Below are positions 1 through 8,354 of a DNA stretch of 64,000 nt, piece after piece. This DNA is from Dehalococcoidia bacterium. Lineage in GTDB: Bacteria > Chloroflexota > Dehalococcoidia > Bin125. The position numbers and the translations under genes are program-made. Where the stretch lies: positions 902,167 through 966,166 of the forward strand of contig CBDBQC010000004.1 in assembly GCA_965209205.1 (NCBI GenBank). The letters are read 5' to 3'. Under the pieces are notes generated by a model. That model ran no database searches. It was not told the DNA's origin and saw nothing but the letters and a program-made list of their open reading frames with translations. Numbering within the stretch: position 1 is the first letter of the stretch; every line of letters begins with the position of its first letter.

Positions 1-263
1 CCGCGGCGCGTCACTTCGACCTTCTCGACCCGCGGCGAGTGGACGAGGAACTTGCGCTCGACGCCGACGCCGCCGGTGACGCGGCGGACGGTGAAGTTGC
101 TCGACGAGCCCTTGCGGCTGAGCGCGATGACGACGCCCTCGAAGACCTGCGTGCGCTCGCGGTCGCCCTCGACGATGCGCACGTGGACGCGCACCGTGTC
201 GCCGGGCTGGAAGTCTTCGATGCCGGGGTTGCGCTCGAGTTCGAGCAGGTCGGATCGGTCCAT
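1..263 (-). CDS. rplS: 50S ribosomal protein L19 (3' end runs off the window)
   Basis: Not in the ORF track because there is no in-window stop. Reverse-strand translation from the ATG at 263..261 gives [87 protein letters not shown]..., a classic L19 sequence. Confidence 0.9.
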   Translation of the reverse strand, partial: MDRSDLLELERNPGIEDFQPGDTVRVHVRIVEGDRERTQVFEGVVIALSRKGSSSNFTVRRVTGGVGVERKFLVHSPRVEKVEVTRR

Positions 264-270
264 AGGGGGC

Positions 271-276
271 ATTGTA
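271..276 (-). promoter_or_regulatory. putative -10 box TACAAT, 7 nt upstream of the rplS ATG (leaderless-type geometry)
   Basis: Minus strand reads TACAAT-gccccct-ATG. No Shine-Dalgarno sequence fits in between. Confidence 0.35.
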
Positions 277-396
277 GGCACGGGGCCGGTCGCGGGGCGA
301 GATGCGGCGGTCGGGGTGCGTGTCGGCGGCGTCGTTGGGGGGTCGGGGGGCGCACGATGCCCCCAGCCGGCCGCTCTGCGCCACCGACCGAGCATG

Positions 397-405
397 TGGT
401 AGAAT
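397..405 (+). promoter_or_regulatory. extended -10-like element TGgTAGAAT
   Basis: Plus strand reads tgTGGTAGAATgcc. It is an AT-rich hexamer in otherwise very GC-rich DNA, about 235 nt upstream of the 640 ATG. Confidence 0.35.
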
Positions 406-511
406 GCCAGTGGAGCCGGGGGCGTGACCCCCCGACGCCAGCGGGCCGGTTCGCGGGTTTCCCCCTAGAGGCGCCGGCCCGCCGTTGCCACCCGATAACG
501 GGCGGCCCCAC

Positions 512-543
512 CAGCGCCCCCGACCGTAACGGCGGGGGCGCTG
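512..543 (+). other. perfect 11-bp GC stem hairpin in the long leader upstream of the DarT-like gene
   Basis: Arms CAGCGCCCCCG (512..522) and CGGGGGCGCTG (533..543) with a 10-nt loop. No T-run follows, so it is not a canonical terminator. Confidence 0.5.
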
Positions 544-639
544 CTGCGCCACGCGTCGCTGCCCGCGCACCAGTTGCCCGGACCCACCAGCGTGCACGAT
601 CCCCGAGAGTAGCCTGCCGACACGTCAGGAGGGGCTGGC

Positions 640-1467
640 ATGCCCGTGTGCGAGTTCGAAGCGGGGGCTTGGTACCGCAACGATCGATGCCGCTACCAGG
701 TCCTTGAGATCGACGACGATGTGTTGCTCGTCCGTCTCGACGATGGCTCGGAATGCTTGCTGGACGCTCGGGAGCAGGCAGCAGTCAGCCGGTTCGCGGC
801 GCACCCGTGGTGGTACGGCCGCCCTGGCCCCAGGCAGCGAGCAGCCGAGGAACTGCGCGATCGTGGAATCCAGCACCTCTATCACTTCACGGCGCTTGAG
901 AACCTTCGGGGCATTCGAGACGTGGGCGCGATCTGCTCGAAGGCGACACTCGAACGCCTGGACCGTTGGCCGGTCCCGGTTCCAGGAGGGGACGATGACT
1001 CCCAGTCACTCGACAAACAGAATGGCAACTGGCCCTTCGCATCGCTGAGCATTGCTTGGTACACACCACAGTTCTTCAAGAGGCTTTCCGAACGCCCACT
1101 CGTGAGCTTCTGCATCTCGCCCGAGGTCGCCGGCGCGGGGGGCGCTCGGATCTACGACACCAACGCGAATAGTGACGCCCGCAACCTGCTCCGCCACTTC
1201 GACGAGGCTCTGGACCGTCTCGATCTCGACCTCTTCACGCAGCGGCGCCACATGCCAGCGCAAGACTCGCGAGAATGGCGAGGCATCCAGGCGGAAGTGC
1301 TGATCGATGATCGCGTCCCCCTGGACTTCGTCGAACGGATCGTCGTCGATCGGCGAATTCCCCTGCCTGACGTGGAGCGCGTCTTCGGCGAGCGCTTCCC
1401 GATCGCAGTGGTGAACTTCAAGCAGTGGCGGTACGGCGATCTGCCGCAGCCGAATGATCCGCGTTAA
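640..1467 (+). CDS. DarT-like (DUF4433) ADP-ribosyltransferase domain protein with an ~85-aa N-terminal extension
   Basis: AGGAGG Shine-Dalgarno sequence lies 8 nt before the ATG. Motifs HLYHFTALENLRGI, SLSIAWYTPQFF, IYDTNANS and GIQAEVLIDDRVPLDFVERIVV match the DarT pattern (YHxT..NL..I ... QAExLV ... I..I.V). Confidence 0.7.
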   Translation: MPVCEFEAGAWYRNDRCRYQVLEIDDDVLLVRLDDGSECLLDAREQAAVSRFAAHPWWYGRPGPRQRAAEELRDRGIQHLYHFTALENLRGIRDVGAICSKATLERLDRWPVPVPGGDDDSQSLDKQNGNWPFASLSIAWYTPQFFKRLSERPLVSFCISPEVAGAGGARIYDTNANSDARNLLRHFDEALDRLDLDLFTQRRHMPAQDSREWRGIQAEVLIDDRVPLDFVERIVVDRRIPLPDVERVFGERFPIAVVNFKQWRYGDLPQPNDPR

Positions 1468-1550
1468 CGGCGCTCGGCGTCGTCTGTGAGCGAACGCTGC
1501 CCGCAGGGTACGGACGCAGCTAGACTCCTGCGACGATTGGAAACCCCCTC

Positions 1551-2366
1551 ATGATCAGCATCACTCGCCCGCTTCCCCTCGCCCTCCTGATCGGCCTCAC
1601 CGTTGGAATCGCGATCGGCGTCGCCGTGACGGCCATCGCCGGCGCGCAAGGGCCCACCGTGGCGGCGGACGTGCGGATCACGGCGCGGCTCCTGGAGAAC
1701 GGCAAGGTGGAGTTCGGACTCCAGCAGCGGGAGGGCACCGGCTGGGGCGAGATCATCCTGCCCCGCGTCAACAAGTTCCCCTACGCCACCGCGACCGTTG
1801 ATCGATGGCTCTACAGCTCGCCCGTGCCCGTGGCCGTCGCGGCGCCGCGCGCGTCGGCGCACGTGGGGCCGCCGCGGCCGCGGGGGTGGCTGCGCATCGC
1901 GGACGGGTCGATTCCGCACGTCCAGATCGTCGATTGGACCCTGGCCGGGACGGGGGAGTACGCCGCCGACGGGCGGGTCGGCTACGACTTTCCCGCCAGC
2001 CCGCAGTTGTTGTTGCGCTGCCTGACGTACTCCGACGGAAACCAGGCGCTCGCGGCCAGGTTCACCGCGGAGAGTGGCCATCCCTATCCAGGCTCGGCCG
2101 CGGGCACACACACCCTCAGCGCGCGCGTCGCGGGGGGCGAGACGAACTGGATCCGAGCGCTTGGCGGGGCTAGCATCTTCCCCAGCTACGCTCCGTGGTC
2201 CGATCTCGCGTTCCTCGACTGGTTGGCCATGAACTACGTGCGCAACGCGCACAACCCGATTCTGACCCTCGCCGCCCACGACGCGGATGGGAGGCTCTAC
2301 TTCGAGGGGACGTTCGACCTGACAGGCCTGCCCGCGGTGCTGGCGGACCTGCCGTGCTACGAGTGA
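1551..2366 (+). CDS. hypothetical membrane-anchored/secreted protein
   Basis: N-terminal hydrophobic helix PLPLALLIGLTVGIAIGVAVTAIAG. The composition looks natural (K, N, F, Y, W present), whereas the antisense ORF 1464..2432 is Arg-rich junk. Confidence 0.65.
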   Translation: MISITRPLPLALLIGLTVGIAIGVAVTAIAGAQGPTVAADVRITARLLENGKVEFGLQQREGTGWGEIILPRVNKFPYATATVDRWLYSSPVPVAVAAPRASAHVGPPRPRGWLRIADGSIPHVQIVDWTLAGTGEYAADGRVGYDFPASPQLLLRCLTYSDGNQALAARFTAESGHPYPGSAAGTHTLSARVAGGETNWIRALGGASIFPSYAPWSDLAFLDWLAMNYVRNAHNPILTLAAHDADGRLYFEGTFDLTGLPAVLADLPCYE

Positions 2367-2389
2367 CGGCCGACCGCCCCTTCTGTGCA

Positions 2390-2429
2390 CTGCCCCAGCA
2401 GCACGATCGTTGAGGCCCAGACGCGACAC
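2390..2429 (+). repeat. direct repeat copy 1 (ctgccccagcagcacgatcgttgaggcccagacgcgacac)
   Basis: About 34/39 identical to 2925..2963. The two copies bracket the 2449..2883 gene. Confidence 0.7.
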
Positions 2430-2436
2430 CATGCGC

Positions 2437-2442
2437 TAGACT
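2437..2442 (+). promoter_or_regulatory. putative -10 TAGACT, 6 nt before the ATG (leaderless-type)
   Basis: Sequence reads gcgcTAGACTgccccaATG. Confidence 0.35.
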
Positions 2443-2448
2443 GCCCCA

Positions 2449-2883
2449 ATGCCCCTCCAGCATCCGCACCCGCCCGGCCCAGCGCCGGGGGACGAGCCCG
2501 TGGCCGCCCTGGCGGATTGCCCGGTGTGCCAGATGATGGCCTACCACGCGGAGGCCGGCGACGCCGTGCAGGCCACGACGGCCGCGTTCACAGCCGCGCT
2601 AGCCGCCGCAGACCTCCCGGAGGACGATCCGGCGCGGCCCTATCTCGCGCACGTCGGCGTGTCGCTCACCAGCGCGATCGACCTGTGGGCCGAGATCGCT
2701 CCGTCGCTCATTGCCTTAGCCGTGCAGTCGCGCGGCGGCGATCCCGACGAGGCGGCGGAGCGCGCGCTGGAAGCCCGGGAGATCGGCATCGCCAAGGTCG
2801 AGCGGGAGCGGCGCGCTACCGCCCCGCCCGAAGCGGCGCCCCGCCCGAAGCGGCGCGCGATCTGGCGTCGCCGCGGGCGCTAG
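2449..2883 (+). CDS. hypothetical protein (Ala/Asp-rich with an Arg-rich C-terminal tail)
   Basis: 144-aa ORF with strong GC bias at the third codon position. No recognisable family motif (no macrodomain or NADAR signature seen). Confidence 0.55.
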   Translation: MPLQHPHPPGPAPGDEPVAALADCPVCQMMAYHAEAGDAVQATTAAFTAALAAADLPEDDPARPYLAHVGVSLTSAIDLWAEIAPSLIALAVQSRGGDPDEAAERALEAREIGIAKVERERRATAPPEAAPRPKRRAIWRRRGR

Positions 2884-2924
2884 GCCGTTCGCCCTACACC
2901 GTCCCCCTGCGCCCCTGCTGCCAA

Positions 2925-2963
2925 CTGGCCCAGCAGCACGATCGTCGCCCCCAGACGCGACAC
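2925..2963 (+). repeat. direct repeat copy 2 (ctggcccagcagcacgatcgtcgcccccagacgcgacac)
   Basis: See 2390..2429. It is followed by a degenerate gctag element instead of TAGACT. Confidence 0.7.
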
Positions 2964-3084
2964 GCCCCCGACCGCCTGCTAGCGTCCGGGGGCGCGTGTC
3001 GGAGTCGCCCCGCGCGCGGGGAGCGGCCACGTTTGTCTACCGGCTAGCGGATTGTACAACACTGCCGCACGCTGTAGCTCGCTC

Positions 3085-3789
3085 TCACACCCCCCGACGA
3101 CCCAGCAGGTCCGGGCGACGCACGGCCGTCCGATCTACCCGCTGCTGGCGGCGCCAGGCGTCGATGCGGGCGTGGTCGCCGCTGAGCAGGACGTCGGGGA
3201 CACGCCAGCCGCGGAAGTCGGCCGGACGGGTGTAGTGGGGGTACTCGAGCAGGCCGTCCTGGTGTGACTCCTCGACCAGCGACGCGGGGGAGCCCAGCGC
3301 GCCGGGCAGCAGGCGCACGATGGCCTCGACGAGAACCATGGCCGGGATCTCGCCGCCGCTGAGCACGTAGTCGCCGATCGAGATCTCGTCGTCGGCGAGG
3401 TGGGCGCGGACGCGCTCGTCGATGCCCTCGTAGCGGGCGGCCATGAGGATGAGGCGGGGCTCGGCGGCGAGTTCGCGGGCGAGGGCCTGCGAGAAAGGGC
3501 GGCCCTGCGGGGTGAGCAGGACGGCGCGGCCGGGCGGCGCGACATCGGCGCGCAACGACTCGACGGCGGCGAACCAGGGCTCGGGGCGCATGACCATGCC
3601 CGCGCCGCCGCCGTAGGGCGCGTCGTCGACGCTGCGGTGCTTGCCGGTCGTCCAGTCGCGCAGGTCGTGGCTGTGGATGCCGATGAGGCCGGCCTCGCGG
3701 GCGCGGCGCACGATGCCGGTGTTGAGCGGCGCGTCGAAGACCTCCGGGAAGATCGAGAGGATGTCGATGCGGGCGGGGGCGGCGGTCAT
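3085..3789 (-). CDS. trmD: tRNA (guanine37-N1)-methyltransferase
   Basis: [30 protein letters not shown]... and [13 protein letters not shown] are typical TrmD motifs. Confidence 0.95.
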   Translation of the reverse strand: MTAAPARIDILSIFPEVFDAPLNTGIVRRAREAGLIGIHSHDLRDWTTGKHRSVDDAPYGGGAGMVMRPEPWFAAVESLRADVAPPGRAVLLTPQGRPFSQALARELAAEPRLILMAARYEGIDERVRAHLADDEISIGDYVLSGGEIPAMVLVEAIVRLLPGALGSPASLVEESHQDGLLEYPHYTRPADFRGWRVPDVLLSGDHARIDAWRRQQRVDRTAVRRPDLLGRRGV

Positions 3790-3802
3790 GACGGGGGGCC
3801 GC

Positions 3803-4315
3803 TCATGACTGGGCGGCGGGCGCGGGCGGGTGCTCGGTGACGCCGGCCAGCAGCTCGACGGCGTGCGCCAGGACGGGCAGGACGGCGCCCAGGTTCTCGC
3901 GCACGCCGCGCTCTGAGCCGGGCAGGTTGAGGATCAGGGTCGTGCCGCTGGCCCCGGCAAGGCCGCGGCTGAGGGCGGCCTTGGGCGTGTGACGCAGGCC
4001 CTCGGCGCGCATGACCTCGGCCAGCCCGGGGATCTCGCGCTCGATGACGGGACGCGTCGCCTCGGGCGTGACGTCGCGCGGGCCGAGGCCGGTGCCGCCC
4101 GTCGTGACGATCAGGTTGACGCCCGGCGCGGCGACCCATGCGCGCAGTTGCGCGGCGATGCGATCGGCCTGATCGGGCACGATCGCTCTTTCCACGATCT
4201 TGGCCCCCAGCGGCGCCAGCAGCTCGGCGATCGCGGGGCCCGACGTGTCCTCGCGCTGGCCGCGGGCGCCGCGGTCGCTGACGGTGAGAATGGCGACGCG
4301 GAGGCTTATCGCCAT
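3803..4315 (-). CDS. molybdenum cofactor biosynthesis protein (MogA/MoaB family)
   Basis: An internal ATG at 4315 gives [29 protein letters not shown]...[14 protein letters not shown]. The longer track ORF (to 4729) has an implausible N-terminus. Confidence 0.85.
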   Translation of the reverse strand: MAISLRVAILTVSDRGARGQREDTSGPAIAELLAPLGAKIVERAIVPDQADRIAAQLRAWVAAPGVNLIVTTGGTGLGPRDVTPEATRPVIEREIPGLAEVMRAEGLRHTPKAALSRGLAGASGTTLILNLPGSERGVRENLGAVLPVLAHAVELLAGVTEHPPAPAAQS

Positions 4316-4409
4316 CTGGCGGGGCCCTTCAACCGACGCCGCGGGGGGGCGCAATGGGGCGAACAATGGGGGCGAAAAAGATTTTTCCTGCGAAGTCTTG
4401 ACGAAGGTG

Positions 4410-4438
4410 TTGACAAGAGTGGGGGATAGTGGCACGAT
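4410..4438 (+). promoter_or_regulatory. candidate dcw/mraZ promoter (TTGACA-17 nt-CACGAT)
   Basis: Perfect -35 hexamer at 4410..4415 in an AT-richer patch (gaaaaagatttttc lies upstream). The -10 is weak. Confidence 0.35.
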
Positions 4439-4464
4439 GTGTCCTGTTGTGGGGAGAAGTGGGG
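4419..4464 (+). promoter_or_regulatory. phased GTGGGG direct repeats, candidate MraZ operator
   Basis: GTGGGG at 4419, GTGGCA at 4429, GTGGGG at 4449 and GTGGGG at 4459, all on a 10-bp register just upstream of mraZ. Confidence 0.5.
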
Positions 4465-4540
4465 ACCTTGGTCGGAGGTCACCACAGGGGAATCGAACTC
4501 CTCCTCCCTCAGGAAAGCGACCGGAAACGGATGTCGCGCG

Positions 4541-4978
4541 TTGGCCTTCCGAGGCACCTTCGCTCACTCCCTGGACAATCGCGGCCGGATGGCCGTGCCG
4601 GCGCGCTATCGCGCGGCGTTCGCGGAGGGTGGCGTCGTCACGCCCGGGGCGGACGGCTGTCTGGAACTCTATACCGCCGCGGAGTTCGACCGCACGGCGG
4701 AGGACCTGACCAGGGAGTCGGCGAGCCAACCGCGTGGCCGCCGCCTCCGCCGCGTCCTGTACGGCAGCTCGACGGAGGTCGAGCTGGACGGGCAGGGGCG
4801 GATCTTGCTGCCGGCCCGCTTTCGCGAGCGGGCGCAGTTGACGGGGCAGGCCGTCCTGCTGGGCCGTCGCGAGTGTCTGGAGATCTGGAACCCCGAGGCC
4901 TGGGAGCGCGAGTCGGCGCTGGTCGAGAGCGAGTTCCCGGCCGACCTCGAGGCCAGCGGGGGGGAGACGCCGTCATGA
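4541..4978 (+). CDS. mraZ: transcriptional regulator MraZ
   Basis: In-frame TTG at 4541 gives (M)AFRGTFAHSLDNRGRMAVPARYR, the canonical MraZ N-terminus. The ATG at 4439 in the track would place the operator repeats inside the CDS. Confidence 0.85.
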   Translation: MAFRGTFAHSLDNRGRMAVPARYRAAFAEGGVVTPGADGCLELYTAAEFDRTAEDLTRESASQPRGRRLRRVLYGSSTEVELDGQGRILLPARFRERAQLTGQAVLLGRRECLEIWNPEAWERESALVESEFPADLEASGGETPS

Positions 4979-5903
4979 GCGCCCCGCCGCACAACCCACT
5001 GCGAAGTGACCCCGCGCCGCACCAGCCGGTGATGCGCGACGAAGCGCTGGCCTACCTGAACGTGCGGCCCGGCGGACGCTACATCGATTGCACGACCGGG
5101 GCCGGCGGCCACAGCGCCGCGATCCTGGACGCCTCGGCGCCGGACGGGCGCCTGCTCGCCAACGACGCCGACCCGGCCGCTCTGGCGGTCGCGCGGGAGC
5201 GCTTGGCCGGCTACGGCGACCGGGTGCGCTTCACGGAGGGCTACTTCGACGAGATTACGGGCAGCACCGGCGCGGCGGGCATCGTCCCGGCCGACGGCGT
5301 GCTGCTGGACCTGGGCGTGTCGAGCATGCAGCTCGAGACGCCCGAGCGGGGCTTCTCCTTCCGGGAGCGCGGCCCCCTGGACATGCGCATGTCGCCGGCG
5401 ACGGAACTGACCGCCGCGGCGATTGTGAATGAATACGAGGAGGCCGATCTGGCCGACCTCCTCTACCGCCTTGGCGATGAGTGGCGATCGCGCCGCATCG
5501 CACGCCAGATCGTGGCTCGCCGACCGTTGGCGACCACAACGGATCTTGCCAAAGCCGTCGAGCAGGCTGCGGGGAAAGGCCGCAAAGCCAGTACTTCTAG
5601 TAGAGTTCACCCCGCCACCAAAACCTTTTTGGCCCTTCGCATGGCGGTCAACCAGGAGCTTCGGCGCCTGGGCGACTTCCTTGCCCTGGCCCGCAGCCTG
5701 CTCGGCTTTGGATCCCGCCTCGTCATCATCAGCTTCCACTCGCTGGAAGATCGACTGGTCAAGCAATTTCTCCGCGACGCGTCGCAGGGCGACGCGCCCG
5801 CGTTCCGGGTGCTGACCCGCAAGGGGTGCGTCCCAGCGCCGCCGAAGTGGAGCGCAACCCTCGCAGCCGCAGCGCGCGGCTGCGAGCGGCCGAGGCGCGT
5901 TAG
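4975..5903 (+). CDS. rsmH: 16S rRNA m4C1402 methyltransferase RsmH, with an apparent -1 frameshift near 5821..5826
   Basis: The ATG overlaps the mraZ stop (ATGA). HQPVMRDEALAYL, TTGAGGHS, DLGVSSMQL and FHSLEDR are present. The conserved C-terminus VRPSAAEVERNPRSRSARLRAAEAR-stop is in the next frame after the run aagggg. Confidence 0.85.
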
Positions 5904-5905
5904 CC

Positions 5906-6355
5906 GTGCCCGGCGCACAGGCCATGCCGTTGCCAGTGGCGCGGCGGGCCGCGATGCGGGTCCCCCCGCCGATTCGTCGTGCGCGGCTGCCGCTGTGGGT
6001 TTGGGTGGGGGTCGTGGGGCTGGCGATCGCCGCCGCCCTGCCCGTGCTGCAATCCAGCGACGCCACAGCGACCGGCGCCGCGCTGCGCGATCTGGAGCGC
6101 CAGCGCGCCGCGGCGCAGGCCGAGGTCCGCGAGCTGGCCTCGCAGGTCGGCGAGCTGACATCGCTGGACCGCGTCGCCGCGGTCGCCGAGACGCGGCTGG
6201 GGCTCACCCCGGCCCGCCCAACCGTTCTGCTCACGGTCGATACGGCGCCACCGGAGCGCCTGCTGCCCGCCCGATTTCTCCCGCGGCGGGAGGCGGCCGT
6301 TCCGGAGAGCGCTGCCTGGTGGCAGCGCCTGCTGGAGGCGTTGATCGTGCGTTAG
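5906..6355 (+). CDS. ftsL: cell division protein FtsL-like
   Basis: Position between rsmH and ftsI. Single TM helix (LPLWVWVGVVGLAIAAALPVL) followed by a coiled-coil (LRDLERQRAAAQAEVRELASQV). Start uncertain: GTG at 5906 or ATG at 5924. Confidence 0.7.
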   Translation: MPGAQAMPLPVARRAAMRVPPPIRRARLPLWVWVGVVGLAIAAALPVLQSSDATATGAALRDLERQRAAAQAEVRELASQVGELTSLDRVAAVAETRLGLTPARPTVLLTVDTAPPERLLPARFLPRREAAVPESAAWWQRLLEALIVR

Positions 6356-6464
6356 GTCGTGCGACGGGGAACGGCGCGGCGGGCTGGTCGTGCGGCCGCA
6401 GCGCCGGGAGTTGGTTCCGCCGGGGGCGCATCGCCTGGCCGCCGGCGGGCAGGAGTGAGGAGTC

Positions 6465-8354
6465 ATGGAGCGGGCAGGGCTCAGTCCCTGGCGACTGCGT
6501 CTCGTGGCGACGATTTTCGTCGTGTTCGGGGTGCTGCTCTGCCTGCGGCTGGTACACGTCCAGATCCTCGATCACCCGCAGTTCGAGGCCGAGGCCCACG
6601 ACGCGCACTTCTGGGCGCAGGAGGTGGCCGGGCCGCGCGGCGCGATCCTCGATCGCAACGGGCTGCCGCTGGTGACGGGGGTCGACACGTTCGAGATCCA
6701 CGTCGACCGCGAGGCCTGGGAACTGGAGCCGCGCAACGAGCGTCAGGCGGTGCAGGAGTTGTCGCGGCTGCTGGGCGTCGATCAGCAAACGATCCGCGCG
6801 GTGGTGGGGACGGGCGGGGGCCGCGACATCCTGCTGGCGCTGAACGTGCCGTTCGCGCTGGGCGAGACGATCACGGCGGCGGGGCTGCCGGGAGTGAAAG
6901 TGACGCCGGCCAGCCTGCGCCGGTACGCGGAGGGCGGGCTGGCGAGCCAACTGCTGGGCTTCGTGGGCCGCGACAACCAGGGACTCTCGGGTGTGGAGTT
7001 CGACTTCGACACGATTCTGGCCGGCAGCCCGGGGCTGCTGGTCTTCGAGCGCGACAGCATCGGCAACCCGATCCCGTTCGGGGCGCAGGCGCAAACCGAG
7101 ACCGAGTCCGGGGCCGACCTGGTGCTGACGATCGACAAGGGCCTGCAGCGCATCGCCGAGCAGCACCTGGCGCAGGCGCTGGCCGACACCGGCGCGCGCG
7201 GCGGCTCGATCCTGATGATGGACCCCAACACGGGCGACATCCTGGCGCTGGCGGCCTCGCCGACGTTCAACGTCAAGGAGTTGAACCTGGCCGACCCGGG
7301 CACCGACTTCTCGCTGATCCGCAACCGCGTCGTCACCGACATGTACGAGCCGGGCTCGGTGTTCAAGGTCTTCACGATGGCGGGCGCGATCGACGCGGGC
7401 GTGGTGTCGCCCTACACGACGTTCATCGATACCGGCGCGATCGTCGTGGGGGCGCGGACGATCCGCAACTTCGACCTCTCGTTCCACGGCGAGCAGACGA
7501 TGACGCAGGTCTTGCAGCGCTCGCTGAACACGGGCACGGCCTGGGTGGCGACGGAGATGGGCGCGTACCGCTTCTACGACTACGTGACCGCGTTCGGCTT
7601 CGGCGACGTGACGGGCTCGGGCATGGCCGGGGAGTCGCCGGGCATCCTCAAGCAGCCCGGCAACCTCTTCTGGTCGGAGGTCGACCTGGCGACCAACTCG
7701 TTCGGGCAGGGCATCTCCGTGACGCCGCTGCAGATCGTGCGGGCCTACGCCGCGATCGCGAACGGGGGCGAGCTGCTGCGGCCGCGCATCCTGCGCTCGG
7801 TGATTACGAAGGACGGCGTGCAGGACTTCCCGGTCGTCAGCGACGGGCGGGTGATCAGCGAAGAGACCGCGGCCAGCGTGCGCCGCATGATGCAGGCGGT
7901 GGTCGACGGCGTCAGCGGGCACCCGGCGCAGACGCCGGGCTGGCCGGTGGCCGGCAAGTCGGGCACCTCCGACGTCGTCGAGAACGGCGTCTACCTGGAG
8001 GACGAATCGATCGCGTCGTTCGCGGGCTTCGCCCCAGTCGACGACCCGCGCGTCGTGATCCTGGTGAAGCTCGACCGGCCGCAGGGGGAGATCTTCGGGG
8101 GCGTCGTCGCGGCGCCGGTGTTCTCGGCGCTGCTGGCCGACGTGCTGCCGGCGCTGGGCGTGCATCCGTCGTCGTACGTGGCGCAGCCCGACCTCTTCGA
8201 CGGCGCGCCGGGCGAGACGGCGCCGGTGGCGGACGCGACCGCGTCGGGCGCCGACGCGGCGGCGGACGGCGTCGAGGTCGCGGAGCCGCTGACGGAGGCG
8301 GATCGCGATACGGAGACGGGCGGCGCGGAGCCGGAGGGAGCGGGAGCGGGATGA
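6465..8354 (+). CDS. ftsI: penicillin-binding transpeptidase FtsI/PBP2 class
   Basis: GGAG Shine-Dalgarno sequence and an N-terminal TM helix. Motifs GSVFK (SxxK), SLN (SxN) and KSGT (KTG-like) are present. Confidence 0.9.
   Translation: MERAGLSPWRLRLVATIFVVFGVLLCLRLVHVQILDHPQFEAEAHDAHFWAQEVAGPRGAILDRNGLPLVTGVDTFEIHVDREAWELEPRNERQAVQELSRLLGVDQQTIRAVVGTGGGRDILLALNVPFALGETITAAGLPGVKVTPASLRRYAEGGLASQLLGFVGRDNQGLSGVEFDFDTILAGSPGLLVFERDSIGNPIPFGAQAQTETESGADLVLTIDKGLQRIAEQHLAQALADTGARGGSILMMDPNTGDILALAASPTFNVKELNLADPGTDFSLIRNRVVTDMYEPGSVFKVFTMAGAIDAGVVSPYTTFIDTGAIVVGARTIRNFDLSFHGEQTMTQVLQRSLNTGTAWVATEMGAYRFYDYVTAFGFGDVTGSGMAGESPGILKQPGNLFWSEVDLATNSFGQGISVTPLQIVRAYAAIANGGELLRPRILRSVITKDGVQDFPVVSDGRVISEETAASVRRMMQAVVDGVSGHPAQTPGWPVAGKSGTSDVVENGVYLEDESIASFAGFAPVDDPRVVILVKLDRPQGEIFGGVVAAPVFSALLADVLPALGVHPSSYVAQPDLFDGAPGETAPVADATASGADAAADGVEVAEPLTEADRDTETGGAEPEGAGAG

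Noticed and set aside
406-639. Identity of the leader as a known RNA (SRP/4.5S, 6S, tmRNA, RNase P, ZTP riboswitch).
   Set aside because: Diagnostic motifs are absent by eye: the SRP GGAAG/AGCA domain IV, the RNase P GAGGAAAGUCC, the tmRNA tag and 3' tRNA-like end, and the ZTP CCGCCUGGG. It is left as unassigned structured DNA/RNA.
4439-4540. ATG at 4439 as the mraZ start (179-aa product).
   Set aside because: The added 34 residues (MSCCGEKWGPWSEV...) are non-homologous and overlap the phased GTGGGG operator repeats. The TTG at 4541 gives the canonical MraZ N-terminus.
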